This document shows, one piece after another, positions 38,288 to 51,000 of a stretch of DNA of 64,000 nucleotides. Positions within the stretch are counted from its first letter, which is position 1, and each line of letters starts with the position of its first letter. The translations under genes and the position numbers were made by a program. The notes below the pieces were generated by a model. It was not told the DNA's origin and did not search any database. It worked only from the letters and a program-made list of their open reading frames with translations. This DNA comes from Haliotis cracherodii (lineage: Eukaryota): the NCBI RefSeq assembly GCF_022045235.1, contig NW_027266343.1, positions 48,918,001 to 48,982,000 of the forward strand, given 5' to 3'.

Positions 38288-38450
38288 GGGGGCGGTCGGG
38301 TAGCCTAGTGGTTAAAGCGTTCGCTCGTCACGCCGAAGACTCGGGTTCTATTCCCTACATGGGTACAATGTGTGAAGCCCATTTGTGGTGTCCCCCGCCG
38401 TAATATTGCTTGAATATTGCTAAAAGCGGCGTAAAACAACTCACTCACTC
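38288..38450 (+). mobile_element. SINE family A
   Basis: Same head and tail as 4977. Confidence 0.87.
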
Positions 38451-39548
38451 CCTCAAAGCCATCTTTGTTTGAAACTGTGTGTTAACTACAATTTCACCAA
38501 ATACCAGGGAGGCAAGGTCACTTTCGAAACGAGGCTATGGTGATGAGAGGGACCAGGGTATTGACCATGATGGAAATGTAACGCACTGGATAATCGTTTT
38601 TTAAACTTCCCAGGACTGCCAATTGGTCCGAATCACGTTCTCTTTAGAGATGCGTGTTGCCATGGATACATACTCTCAACGTAGAATGCATGTTCATGTC
38701 AAAAGTAATATCAGTTTTATTGGTTTCCGAGTGATAGAAGTTAAACATGCGTCAGACTTAAAACGGAGATGCAGTACAAGCATACGTTTGGTCTATTAGG
38801 ATAGAATTACTACACATCCATGTACATGTATTTTTTCAGTACAGCCTTAGAGCAAAACTAGGAAGAGGAGACTAAAGGAGTGTATTCGAAAGAAGTACAC
38901 AGCATCACATTCAACACTTGCCTCACGACGACGACGAAGTTGTGAAGAGGTGATGACGGCTGGGTGTATGTGTCCCTGGACGTGTGTAATTCCTTCTAGT
39001 TCCCCCAGCTGGACATCGGACAACACTTCCACGGTCACAAACAAAATGAGGTCGTGAGTTTTTACGCCTCTTTGAACAATATTCAGTTATATGACAGTGT
39101 GTCAGTTGGGGAGAGGGGCGCAGCTCGTCAGCGTCTACCGCCTGGGTAAACCAAGGAAAACAGGTACAGTGAGTGAGTTAGTGTTTACGCCGCTTTTAGC
39201 AATATCCCAGCAATATCACGGCGGGCAGAACAGGTATGTACCTGTTTGTACTTTGTTGTATTAAAATATAAATATATTTCTTACATTACCTAAACAATCA
39301 ACAAACTGCAGCAATTAACATAATTTTAATGTTTTCAAAAAGCTGCAAATTTCATAAGGTTTAACATATTCGACACACTAACGAGAATAATATATACTTG
39401 GGATTTTTTCCATATTAAGATTTTGTATATATATTCTTTCAGTCTGATGTAGGTGACACGCCGGGGATTAAAAAAAGGTTTGAATGTGGGATTCGAACCC
39501 AATAACAGCGCCTTCGTCTGTGAGGAGTTATAACATTGCTTATACAAG

Positions 39549-40412
39549 ATGTCGACTTTCAAATACTTCCGAGTCGCATTCGGGTTATTGGTTATAACCT
39601 ACGTGTTATATGTCATCAAACATATCTCGACACTCACCATTACATGGTCAACCCGAGGTGTGGACAAGCCGTACAACAAGAGTCACCTGATAGTGTTCAC
39701 AACATTCCCTCTGATGACAGACCCCAAGTACGACAAGACACATTTCCGAGACCCGACACCCGAGAGGGTTGAATCACGGATGGCCGATTACGTGGAGAGT
39801 TTGATTCACACCCTTCGACACCCGTGTGTGTTCGAGGTACACATATTTTACGACCAAGACGGTATGCCAGAATACATCCAATCAAGACTTGGAACACAGC
39901 CGAAGTTGAAATTCGACAGAATACCAAATGCTAAGGTTTACGTGGGTATATTTGAGTTTGTGCACCAACATTTCAAAGACAAACTTGTGATGATCACAAA
40001 CGGGGATATTTACCCAGCAGAGGGGTTCGAGAAGCTAGACTATGACGTCATGAGGGACAAGCGTTTGTTTTACTCCCCCTCGAGACACGGGCGGAAGGAG
40101 AAACGCTGCGTCATGAGGAAGGAATCCTGTGATAACGGCAGATATCGAGGGACACATGACAGCTATATTTTCATCCCAGACAGGGAGCTACCAGCCGAGA
40201 CGAAAAGAGCTCTCAAATATAAATGGGACGATTTTGGTATGGAAAATATAATATTGCACCTGTATATGCATAAGTTGAATTATCGAGTGTCTAACCCTTG
40301 TTATGTTTTGATTCTGTATCACAATCACTGCAGCGTCTTACGTCACATGAATAGGATTAGGGTCCGTGGTTTACCGTACGCCATTGCTGCACCGACGAAC
40401 ACGCTGTCGTAG
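39549..40412 (+). CDS. Uncharacterised single-coding-exon type II membrane protein, putative GT-A-like glycosyltransferase (287 aa)
   Basis: Non-repetitive 287-codon ORF with AAG ATG context. N-terminal signal-anchor FRVAFGLLVITYVLYVI. Motifs MITNGDIY, YSPSRH, GTHDSYIF, GMENII and SNPC...YHNHCS. Upstream acceptor attctttcag at about 39442. Confidence 0.8.
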   Translation: MSTFKYFRVAFGLLVITYVLYVIKHISTLTITWSTRGVDKPYNKSHLIVFTTFPLMTDPKYDKTHFRDPTPERVESRMADYVESLIHTLRHPCVFEVHIFYDQDGMPEYIQSRLGTQPKLKFDRIPNAKVYVGIFEFVHQHFKDKLVMITNGDIYPAEGFEKLDYDVMRDKRLFYSPSRHGRKEKRCVMRKESCDNGRYRGTHDSYIFIPDRELPAETKRALKYKWDDFGMENIILHLYMHKLNYRVSNPCYVLILYHNHCSVLRHMNRIRVRGLPYAIAAPTNTLS

Positions 40413-40435
40413 CGGCTTCTTGCACGTTTTTTTCA

Positions 40436-40693
40436 TTGTTTGTTTATTTGTTTGTTGTTTAACGCCGCACTCAGCAATATTCCAGCTATATGACGGCGGT
40501 CTGTAAATAGTCGAGTCTGGACCACACAATCCTTGATTGATATCATGAGCATCGATCCGCGCAACTGGGATACGATGACATGCATCAACCAAGTCAGTGA
40601 GCCTGGCCGCCCGATACCGTTAGTTGCCTCTTACGACAAGCGTAGTCGTCTCTTGCGACAATCATGGGTTGACCAATTCTTACCTGGATCTTC
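40436..40693 (-). mobile_element. Family C element just after the 39549 stop
   Basis: Reverse complement of the 13361 element. Confidence 0.85.
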
Positions 40694-41269
40694 TTGAACG
40701 TGTGGACGGAAACAGTAGCAGTATGTCTGTAACATGGGCAACAGCTGACAAAGATTGCTGAGCATGCATGACAGTTGAACGAGGATGTGACTGCTTGAAA
40801 TAGTCGTGCATATTAGAGCAAGTCAAAACGGCCAAGGTATAAAACTGTCAAAACTGCCCAATGTCAAAAGTCAAAACGGCAAATGGTTAAAAGCCAAAAC
40901 GGTTTCTTAAGACTGTTTGATCCTGACTTTTTTGTTTGGTTTATTTTTCGACAGCCTCATAACTAAGGTTATTTGTTAATCCTGACTGAACGGTGTTTGC
41001 CACACAGTATCTAACAGTACATCGTTTGTTTAGTTAATATTGAAACCAGTTACTTGAATAAAGAAAGTTAAACATGTCATATGAGTTCATTCTTAAACCA
41101 TTCACTACAAAGGCTGAGTGAACATGTTTGATTCGCTGGTCACAGAGCTCAGTAAGTTGCATCAAGGGCGGATCCGGGACCACCTGGATTCCCCAACACA
41201 CCCACTCCATATATGCTACAAGGGCAATGTTCTAAGCCTCACAAAGAAGGAATGTGAAGTGATCAAGTT

Positions 41270-42240
41270 GTTGAAAATTGTTGGTTTGGACTTTGGAAGA
41301 AATGAACCCAGGTTTCATCCATAGTCACAAACCACTGCAAGAACCTTTCTGGCTCAGCTTCAGACACACCTAGATTATTAACAGACATATTGTGCATAGT
41401 GCATTTTTTTCATCAAATGTCAGAAGCTTTGGGACCAAATGAGCAGATACTTTCTTCATTGCCGAAGTTTCTGTGATAATGAAATGTTCTCTCACAAGGG
41501 AAATGCCTTCTGAATTAGAATATGATACGAAGTCATTCAGTCGTCATTTTATCATGGATTCTCTGAATCATTTCTGGTATTGATGAAGTGACAGGCCTTC
41601 CAGGATGGAGGTCGTCTTCAAAGCGTTCCCTTCCAAAGTTCAACTCTGCTGCCCAATACAGCAACACAGGAAAAGGCATCCTTCCCTTGTGTTGTACTCA
41701 TTGATGGCTTGTGGCCTTAAGCCCTTTTTTCTGGAACTAGTTAGTTGTTTGATTTGTTGTTTAACGCTGCACTCAACAATATTCCAGCTATATGAAGGCA
41801 GTCTGTAAATAATTGAATATGGACCACAAAATCCAGAGATTGATATTATCAGCATCGATCCACGCAAGTGGGATCGATGACATGCTTCAACCAAGTCACC
41901 GAGCCTGACCTTCCAATGCCGTTAGTCGCCTCTTGCGACAAGCATAGACGCCTTTTAAACAACAATGGGTTGCTGAAGACCTATTCTACCCCGGATCTTT
42001 ACGGGTCTTTTCTGGAAGTACTTGCTCACTGCACCTTCCTCCAGTTTGTCCCTATACCGAAGGTCAACTAACTGTTTCATTTTTTCAATGACTTGTCACA
42101 GCAAAACATTGTGCTCCACTGACGCAGGTTTTTGAGAATAAACCTCAGTGACATCATGTAATGTCAACAAGAAAAGATTTCACAATTAAGCAATTCCTTC
42201 TATGTGAGGCTCAGAAGTCGTACTGGAACTTATCCTCGTC
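41270..42240 (-). pseudogene. Degenerate mariner (Tc1/mariner) transposase, N-terminal half, interrupted by a family C element
   Basis: Minus-strand pieces read DKLEEGAVSKYFQKKGLRP, WAAE, EDDLHPGRPVTS, MKKVSAHLVPKLLT (WVPHEL-type motif) and FLQWFVTMDETWVHFF (first catalytic Asp). A TIR-like cctcgt lies at about 42234. Confidence 0.75.
41742..42007 (-). mobile_element. Family C element with TSD
   Basis: TSD ttttctggaa at about 41727 and 42008. Confidence 0.85.
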
Positions 42241-42249
42241 CTTGGTTTA

Positions 42250-42602
42250 CAGACCTAATTGTGGTCTTGTTGATAGAGCATCACCCAGAGAGTGGAAGGT
42301 CAGTGGTTCAATCCCCTGGTTGTGTCATACCAGAAGACGTTAAAAGGTGGTACTTGTTGTTACCCTGCCTGGCACTCGGCACTAACGAGATAAAAGGACT
42401 GGTTGGCTGGGAGTCAGTATACTATGTCTGAGTGAAGTATCCATGTTAAACTGCGGCATGGTATCTCAGTGTGCTAGTACTTTAAATCGGCATCAGTCGG
42501 GACTAGTACAAGCAGCCACACAAACACACACACACACGTGCATGCACGTCCCTATATTAGTGCAATAATCTTGGACACAACGTTAAACCACATTTCACCT
42601 CA
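42250..42602 (+). mobile_element. SINE family D
   Basis: ggttcaatcccc..tcataccagaagacgttaaaagg..acgttaaaccacatttcacctca. A partial 3' duplicate extends to about 42720. Confidence 0.8.
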
Positions 42603-43180
42603 TGGTATCTCAGTGGGCTAGCACTATAAAACCAGCATTGGACCAGACAGGTAAAAGCTGGTACACACGAACGTCGGAATCTGAGTGAAAATATCTTAAA
42701 CACAAACCCATTTCACCTCACAGACCTATTGACATGAGATTGATTAAAATGATTGTTGGTGAACCTTTGGTGAAACACACAACATGGTGCTGACAAATCA
42801 AGAACCATAAACAGGTTGAAGTTTTCTTACAGACACTGAATTCATTAAATTTCTATTTTCAACATCAGAGTTGTGTGTTGTCTAACACACACTCAGCAAT
42901 ATTCCAGTTCCATGACAATGACGTGTAAATAATCGAGTCAGGACCAATCAATCCAGTGATAAATATTGTGAGCAAAAATCGTGCCTTCCAGCTCAATGAC
43001 ACACATTCAACTGAGTCACGAAGTCGGACCAACCGATCTATTAAGTCGCCTCGACTGGGGACCATTTCTTACCTAGAATCCCCTTGGAGGAGGTGCTTGA
43101 GAGTTGCCTATATTTAATATGCTATTCATATGTCTTATGTATGCTCTAAACATAAAAAACCCATGACAACCTGTTTCTGG

Positions 43181-43418
43181 CGCCTGTGGAGATTCCGGGT
43201 TTGAATTGGTCTTCAGCAACCCATGCTTGTCATAAGAGGCGACTAACAAGATCGGGTGGTCAGACTCGCTGACTTGGTTGATCCATGTCATCGTATCCTA
43301 GTTGCGTAGATTGAAGCTCATGATGTCAATCACTGGATTGTCTGGTCCAGAACTGATTATTTACAGACCACCGTCATATAGCTGGAATATTGCAGAGTGC
43401 GGCATAAAACAAACAAAC
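43181..43418 (+). mobile_element. Family C element (inverted relative to a degenerate copy at about 42875-43060)
   Basis: gcctgtggagattccgggt..gtcataagaggcgactaac..aaacaaac. Confidence 0.82.
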
Positions 43419-43715
43419 TTCAGGGAGGTTTCAGTGGCCAAACTAACTGGGCCACAAACATCAGTTGGATGCAAATCCCTTGGATACCTCTTGTAAAATG
43501 CACAACAAACCATAATGCATGTTTGAAATATTTATCTATACATAGAGAATAAATAGGATAACAAAAGTATGCCATTAAAATGAAGTAGAGTCAAGTCCAG
43601 CTGACTGGAACATAAAGTCTTGCACTTCAGTTTCTGGATATTTCCAGGGTGAGGAGGTAAATGTAACAATGTATCAAGAGTGTTACAGCTGTTACACTAT
43701 ATATCACTGTATATC

Positions 43716-44200
43716 ACACTGACCTGCAGGCAGCAATGTTACAGCTGGGTCACACTGACCTGCAGGCAGCAATGTTACATCTGGGTCACACTGACCTGCA
43801 GGCAGCAATGTTACAGCTGGGTCACACTGACCTGCAGTCAGCAATGTTACATCTGGGTCACACTGACCTGCAGTCAGCAATGTTACAGCTGGGTCACACT
43901 GACCTGCAGTCAGCAATGTTACATCTGGGTCACACTGACCTGCAGTCAGCAATGTTACAACTTGGTTACACTGACTTGCAGTCAGCAATGTTACAGCTGG
44001 GTCATACTGACCTGCAGTCAGCAATGTTACAGCTGGGTCACACTGACCTGCAAGCAGCAATGTTACATCTGGGTCACACTGACCTGCAGTCAGCAATGTT
44101 ACAGCTGGGTCACACTGACCTGCAGTCAGCAATGTTACATCTGGGTCACACTGACCTGCAGTCAGCAATGTTACAGATGTATCATATTGACCTGCAGGAC
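43716..44200. repeat. 36-bp minisatellite, about 13 copies
   Basis: Unit cacactgacctgcagtcagcaatgttaca(g/t)ctgggt. Confidence 0.96.
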
Positions 44201-44449
44201 ATAGCACTAAACGGTAGCACTTGCAAATATCATTCAACAGAAAAATAAATACCACAAATATTCAAATTAAGGTAGCGCACGCTACCTAAGATACCACCAA
44301 AACAAATAGGACATGAGCATGTTCCACAAAGCCTCTTCCCAGTCAGATGGTCGTAACTCCCACATATGATAGATTTAACAGTAAGATCCCTTTCTGGAAA
44401 CACAGAAGAGTAGATGATGTTTTTTGAAGGTATTAAACAAATAAATGAA

Positions 44450-44782
44450 TTGGTTCTCAGGCAATGACCTTAGAAAATATAATGTGGGCGGGCACGGTTT
44501 TTTTTGGCTTGTTCAAACTAGTATGTAACCAAATAAACAGTTGTGTACCATCAACCTGAGAAAGGGCCTCCCTACATAAACAAGCATACAAACCCCTATT
44601 GCCACCATGGCCATAACACGAGATGTGCAGTAAAGCATTGCACATATAAAGGGAAGTAACTGCTCACTATATGTGATAACATTTTTTTTTAGTATTAGGA
44701 TTTTATATTTTTATTGAAAATGGAAATGAAAACAAAACGTGCGGCAGACTTCATGATGATGTGGGTGGTGCCTGAGAACCAA
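44450..44782. mobile_element. Possible MITE with 14-bp TIRs
   Basis: ttggttctcaggca ... tgcctgagaaccaa. Confidence 0.45.
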
Positions 44783-45020
44783 GACTATTATATTTTTTAG
44801 CCCAACAGAAATCAAAGACAAGTTCACAATGAAAAGCGACTTCACCCTGGACATGTGCTCTTAACCTCTGTGCTTCTCATTCCTTCTTTTCAAACACAAC
44901 TCTTCCTGTCTACTACTTAACAGTGGCCTTTGTGCCTTTCTGCCAGAGCAAGTAAATGAGTCTTTTAGCAAGATTCCAGTATTGGATGACAAGTTCCTAT
45001 ATACTATCTACATAGTATGG

Positions 45021-45081
45021 TTAAACATTAAACATCTGTCGTAGATCGGCTAGCGTCAGCTTCTGGCTGCTAGCACCAGAT
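45021..45081 (-). CDS. TTF2: TTF2 last coding exon
   Basis: [19 protein letters not shown]. Confidence 0.88.
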
Positions 45082-48000
45082 CTGGAAAGAGAAAATATAA
45101 TATATATTTGTACAGAACCAATATTGCCCCATATACAACATTCACATATACTAATAGTGAGTGAGTGAGTGAGTGAGTGAGTGAGTGAGTGAGTGAGTGA
45201 GTGAGTTTTTACTCCACAATATTCCAGCAATATAATGGCACCTGACATGGACTTCATACATTCTACATATGTGAGAGAAAAAACATCAGTCTTTAAAAAA
45301 ATGAATCTGGACCAGACAATACAGTGATTGAGCATCAATCTACACAATTGGGATATGATTACATGCATCAACCATGTCAGTGACAAGCATGCATTGGTTG
45401 CTGAAGACGAGGTTGAAGCCGGATCTTCACGAGGAGACACTATCAGGATGTCAAGGATAACAGTGCAGTGCGAAGGGTTTTATACTGTCTCAGCAATCTT
45501 CAAGCCATATCACAGGGGACACCAACGTTCACACTCTGATCCCATGTGGAGAATTGAACCCCAGTTTTCATCATGACAAACCAATGGTCTGACCACTTGG
45601 CTACCGCCCAATAATACCTTCCCAAGGCAAGGGAGTTAACTGTCTGAAAAAGTCCAGTTTCCACCCTTGACGAACTAGGCTCGATCTTAGAGCAATCCGT
45701 GGCTATGTCCCTTCTATGTTCCTCTTATTGACCAATCAGATTCCACCTCTCATTTCACTTAAATTTGCTTCAAACATAATGGCAGTGCCCAGTGAAGACG
45801 ATCTGATCGATAATCAAGATCTATATTGTAATAAAACAGGTCTTGCTTTTTGAAGTACACGTGAGAACCTTGATTAAAAACATGACAGTACACATGCTTT
45901 GCAAATCCTGCCAACAACTGAAATCTGTACATCAGTTTATGAACCAGATGTTGATAACATTACGCAATTTTGATTTGACTATGCACAGACTCGTTAGTCC
46001 AGCCAAAATATGACTCGACATTTCCAGCCTAGTTCGAGGGTGGAAACCAGACTTTTATAGTCAGTGAACTCCCTTGCCTCGGGAACATGCCCCCTACCAA
46101 CACAGACACGGGGAATAACAGACATATTGTCAAATACAATGAGCAGGAAGAATGTGGGCCTACCCTGAAAGAACATTCTTGGCGAGAGAGAGCTTCCTCT
46201 TCTGCAGCTCCAGGATCTTCTCCTCTATCGTGTCCTTACACAGGAACCTGGACAGAGATCCTTGTGGTCAGGCAGTGCAAACAACAGTGACACATCTCTC
46301 TAAGGGAGATGACATCTCTCCTTTCTACTTCGGGCCAAAGCAACTGACTTACTTGTGTTACTATTGGATAGTGATTCATAAACATCGAATCTGCTTTTTG
46401 AAGAGATTTCTATTGAATACAGAAAGGGTTTTGTCACATTTATTCAGTTTTAACATTAAATATTTAGTGGGTGAGTTGGCAGGAGAAAAGAGGGTTGGGT
46501 AATAAATGACAGGCAGGTCTGTAAGGCAAGTAATCATTAAACTGGTCTGACGTAATGAGATCAAGTTAGTAATTGGTAAACATAAAAAGATCAATTTGCT
46601 TCACTTTCCATTTCGGTCAATTACCGCTGCACTAAGCAATATTCCTGCTATATGACGGCGATCTGTAAATAATCGAGTCTGGACCAGACAATCCAGTGAC
46701 GGACAACATGAGCATCGATCCTGGGATATAATGACATGCATCAACAAAGTCAGCGAGCCTTACCACCCGATCCTGTTTGTCGCCTCTTACGAAGAGCACA
46801 GTCGCCTTTTACAGGAAGTATAGGTTGCTGAAGACCTATTCTACCACGGGTCACTTATGTATAGAGCTTGTATTGTTAGATATCTGGTTTAGAGAGAGTC
46901 TGTGTATGGAGGAGGCTGACCTGTGTATAACAACATCCCTCTTCTGACCAACACGGTAGATTCTGTCGCAGGCCTGTTCCTCCAGAGCGGGGTTCCTGTA
47001 CAACAGTGGGTTGCCATTAGGTCAAACATAGGTCAAACACAGGTCAAACACAGGTCAAACATAGGTCAAACATAAGTCAAACATAGGTCAAACACAGGTC
47101 ATTATCTCCAAGTTGTTGTTTGTTTGTTGTTTAACTCAGCAATATTTCAGCTATATGATGGCGGTCTGAAAATAATCAAGTCTGGACCAGACAATGCAGT
47201 GATTGACATCATTAACATGGATCAACGCAATTGGGATATAATGACATGCATCAACAAAGTCAGCGAGCCTGACAACCCGATGCCGTAAGTCGCCTCTTAT
47301 GACAAGCATGGGTTTCTGAAGACCTATTCTACCCCGGATCTTCACAGGTCGAGTTAATTGTTGTTGATTGTCATTTACCTAATGAAGGAATACAACTCAA
47401 TTTTAGCTTGGGACATGCAGAATCTCGTCCAAGTGTCTTTTGATATCAAATATATCATCATGAGTCAATAAAAGTTCAAAACAAATAGGCTTGCCAAGGA
47501 GTCGAAAAACTTTGCCAACAGGTGTTGATATATTGAACATCAAAATGCAATGCAAAATTATGTCTGTCTGAATCATTAAAACTATTTCAATTGCAGTATA
47601 AACATAATATTTCAATGACGTTCTATTTTCCAAAGTAATATATTCAGATTGTCCTCTTCTGATTTTCTTCACTCACGATAGAGTGGTGTTACAGACAAGG
47701 AGATCACCTCTCAGTGCAGGGGGGCTGGTCGGGAAGCCTAGTGGTTAAAGCGTTCGCTCCTCAGACCCGGGTTAGATTCCCGACATGGGTACAATGTGTG
47801 AAGCCCATTTCTGGTGTCCCCGCCGTGATATTGCTGGAATATTGCTAAAAGCGGCGTAAATGCATACTTACTCACTCACTCACTCACTCAGTGCAGGGCT
47901 TCTGAGGATGAACAATGTCCTGTAGATGACGTTAAGTGAAGTGTGCCAAATGTCATCAGCCTGTACATGTCAAGTTGGTCAAGTGGTCAAAATCCCATTA

Positions 48001-51000
48001 ACCACCAGGCTACACCACCGCCACCCTCGTACTACGTCCTACAGACATGTAAAGAAGCAAAGATTTGGTTGGTTGGTTGGTTTGTTGTTTAACGCCGCAC
48101 TCAGCAATATTACAGCTATATGACGGCGGCCTGTAAATAATCGAGTCTGGACCAGACAATCCAGTGATTAATATCATGAGCATCGATCCACACAATTGGG
48201 ATTGATGACATGTATGAACCATGTCAGCGAGCCTGACCACCCGATCCTGTTAGTCGCCTTTTGCAACAAGCGTAGTCACCTTTTACAGCAAGCATGGGTT
48301 GCTGAAGACCTATTCTACCCCGGAATCTTCACGGGTCAAAGAAGCAGTGAGAGAGAGTGGAGAATGTGTTCCTGCCCCTACCAGTGGTTATCTAACAGGA
48401 ACAGATGACTCCCACCGATGAGGTTGAGGCCAACACCGCCGGCCTTCAGCGACACCAACATCACCTGCAAACAGGCAGTACTGAGAGTTACCTCCCTTGG
48501 AAATGTTTTAACACAATAACAGTTAAACTTTAACATCAGATGCTAGTTCAGTATTCTATGGCACTTAACCAGGATTCCAAACTAAGAGGCCCCAAAAGGC
48601 AAACTGGGACAAAAATTGTTATTTTATTCAAATTGGGATTCTTTTACAGTTCTTATTTTCTTAAATTAACAGATATTTTAACATTGAATTTTGACATCCT
48701 ATTCAATGCAATAATACTTAGCATTAAAATCTCTTCCTCTTTATTAGTCCTGTTATCAGTGAAATACTGGTACAGGTTACAAATACAAATCCATTACATA
48801 AGTTTTTAGTCATTAGTTACATACATGTATATGAACATGAATTGGGAAATCTTAATTCCAATTTGGGATATTTAAATGACATTTGCAGCAGACTCAGCTT
48901 CTGAGCAGGTCTAGATAAATCCCTGACACTAGTTGAGGAGAAATTGGGTTTAACGTCGCGTCCAAGATTATTGCACTAATATAGCGACATGCATGCATGT
49001 GTGTGTGTTTGTCTGCTTGTACTAGTCCGGACTGATGCCGATTTATAGTGCTAGTACAGTGATATACCATGCCACAGTTTCACATGAATACACCACTCAG
49101 ACACAGTATACTGACTCCGAGCTGACCAGTCCTTGTTTTATAGCCCCTTAATGCTGAGCGCCAGACAGGGTCACAACAAGTACCATCTTTTAACGTCTTT
49201 TAGTATGACGCGGCCCGGGATCGAACGGGGGCAGACGCTCTAACCCTCGACCATGGAGGCGGTTCTGACACTAGTTGAATCGAGCTAAAGAAATATATAT
49301 ACTGATGGAAACAAATAAGGGAACGCAATATTGTAGAAGACTATATCCTGCCATGTTGTAGATGAACGCTGTGTGTCCGTGTCACGAGATGGGAGACATG
49401 GTACCCAATGATCTCCTTATCTCAGTCTCCTGTCAAATACACAGGACTTTCCAGGTCTTTACTTTTCATTAATACCTACATCAATGACTTCGTGTACATA
49501 TAAATATTCAACTGTGGGATCAATAGGTCACCTGGCTCAAACATGTCAACAGACTTTCAAGACTAGACAATATTTTTCCTCAAAAGTTTTTTTTGTGAAA
49601 GAAAATCCCAAAAGAGCAGTATTGAAATACTTGTATGTTTTTTATCAAACCTTCACCAGGTTTTGTTATTTCGGTATTGAGTCCACCTGCCAGAAACACT
49701 TGTCTCTAAAATTCTGCAGGAGTCTATCTCGCTTCTCAAGCTGTAGTTCAATCTTGTTAACACCATGTTACTCTCACTTACCTCTGCCCCTTTTGGGTTT
49801 GTGTTGAAATCTTCCACCATGTCGATCCTCTTCTTGGCGGGGATGCTGCCCTGTATCACGTTGTAGGTGATGTTGACCCTCCGCAGGTGCACGGCGACGA
49901 TGTCCAGCATCTTCGTCCACTGGGACACCACCACACTACACAAAATACAGGGATGCCAAGCTGATCAAGTGAATGTGACACTATTCTTCTACTTAATTTG
50001 AAACCGAATGCTTTAATGTCAGGTTAAGGTCTAGAATGTCAATAAATCTGAAAATGATCCGATATCAAACAAATCCAGTCTTCATAGGTTATGAGTAGCC
50101 ATATTTTTATGGATCAATACTTAGGCTATCGATGTATTCATATGCACACGTCTTTGTGAAAATTCTTAACTTAGAGATAACAATGAAAAATTGATACCTT
50201 GTTTTAAGCATTCAGAATCAAGCATTCTTCAATGTCATGAAACCATGTTAATTCTAAAAGTAAAGCGTTTGGTTCTACATTAAACAGTGAGACGACCTGA
50301 AATTTCAAACCACAGTACCGGTAGGTTTATCTCCTAAATCACCCCTCCTACTTTCTTATCAGTTTTCGAAGAGATGCATAAATAATCAAAGTATCATCCA
50401 GAATATCAGGGATTCAAACCACAGCCCGCAGTCACTAGGGTCACAGTAGTGCCAAGTGAATGGTAAGGCCTTACACCACTGGGCCAGCGGAAACTCTCAA
50501 TGAGTGAACAGGATAGGATCATTTGGAGTGCTGATGTTCAAAGAGTGATGACGTTCAAAGAGTGTTGGTGTTCCTCCATCACAGCATCAGGTTGTATCTC
50601 ACCTCTTTATAACAGATCTTGGTTTGCTTTCTTTCTTAATTGTTTGCAGCGTCGACATTAATTCTTTCAACTGAAAGAAAAACACAATAACTGTCAAGAT
50701 GCGGGATGCAACTTTACCTGAGACTTTACAAGCCTGAACACTGCTCACCTCATAAAGTTGGTGGGTTAGTGGGCCAAAATCTGTTTTTATGCTATTTTCC
50801 ATTTGTTATACAATTTAAAACATAGGTAATGGTTGAATGCTTTAGTTGTCTGTTGTTGTTTTAAGCTGCACTCCAGCTATATGATAGAGGACTGTAAATA
50901 ATCAAGTCTTGAAAAGAATCTCCAGTAGGGGTGTCACGATATATAGAAATATTGATATATTGCTATTGGTAAGCACTTAAAGTCAATAAATCAATTGTTA

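Noticed and set aside
43680-44255. Cys-rich repeat proteins
   Set aside because: Translations of the 36-bp minisatellite, open in several frames.
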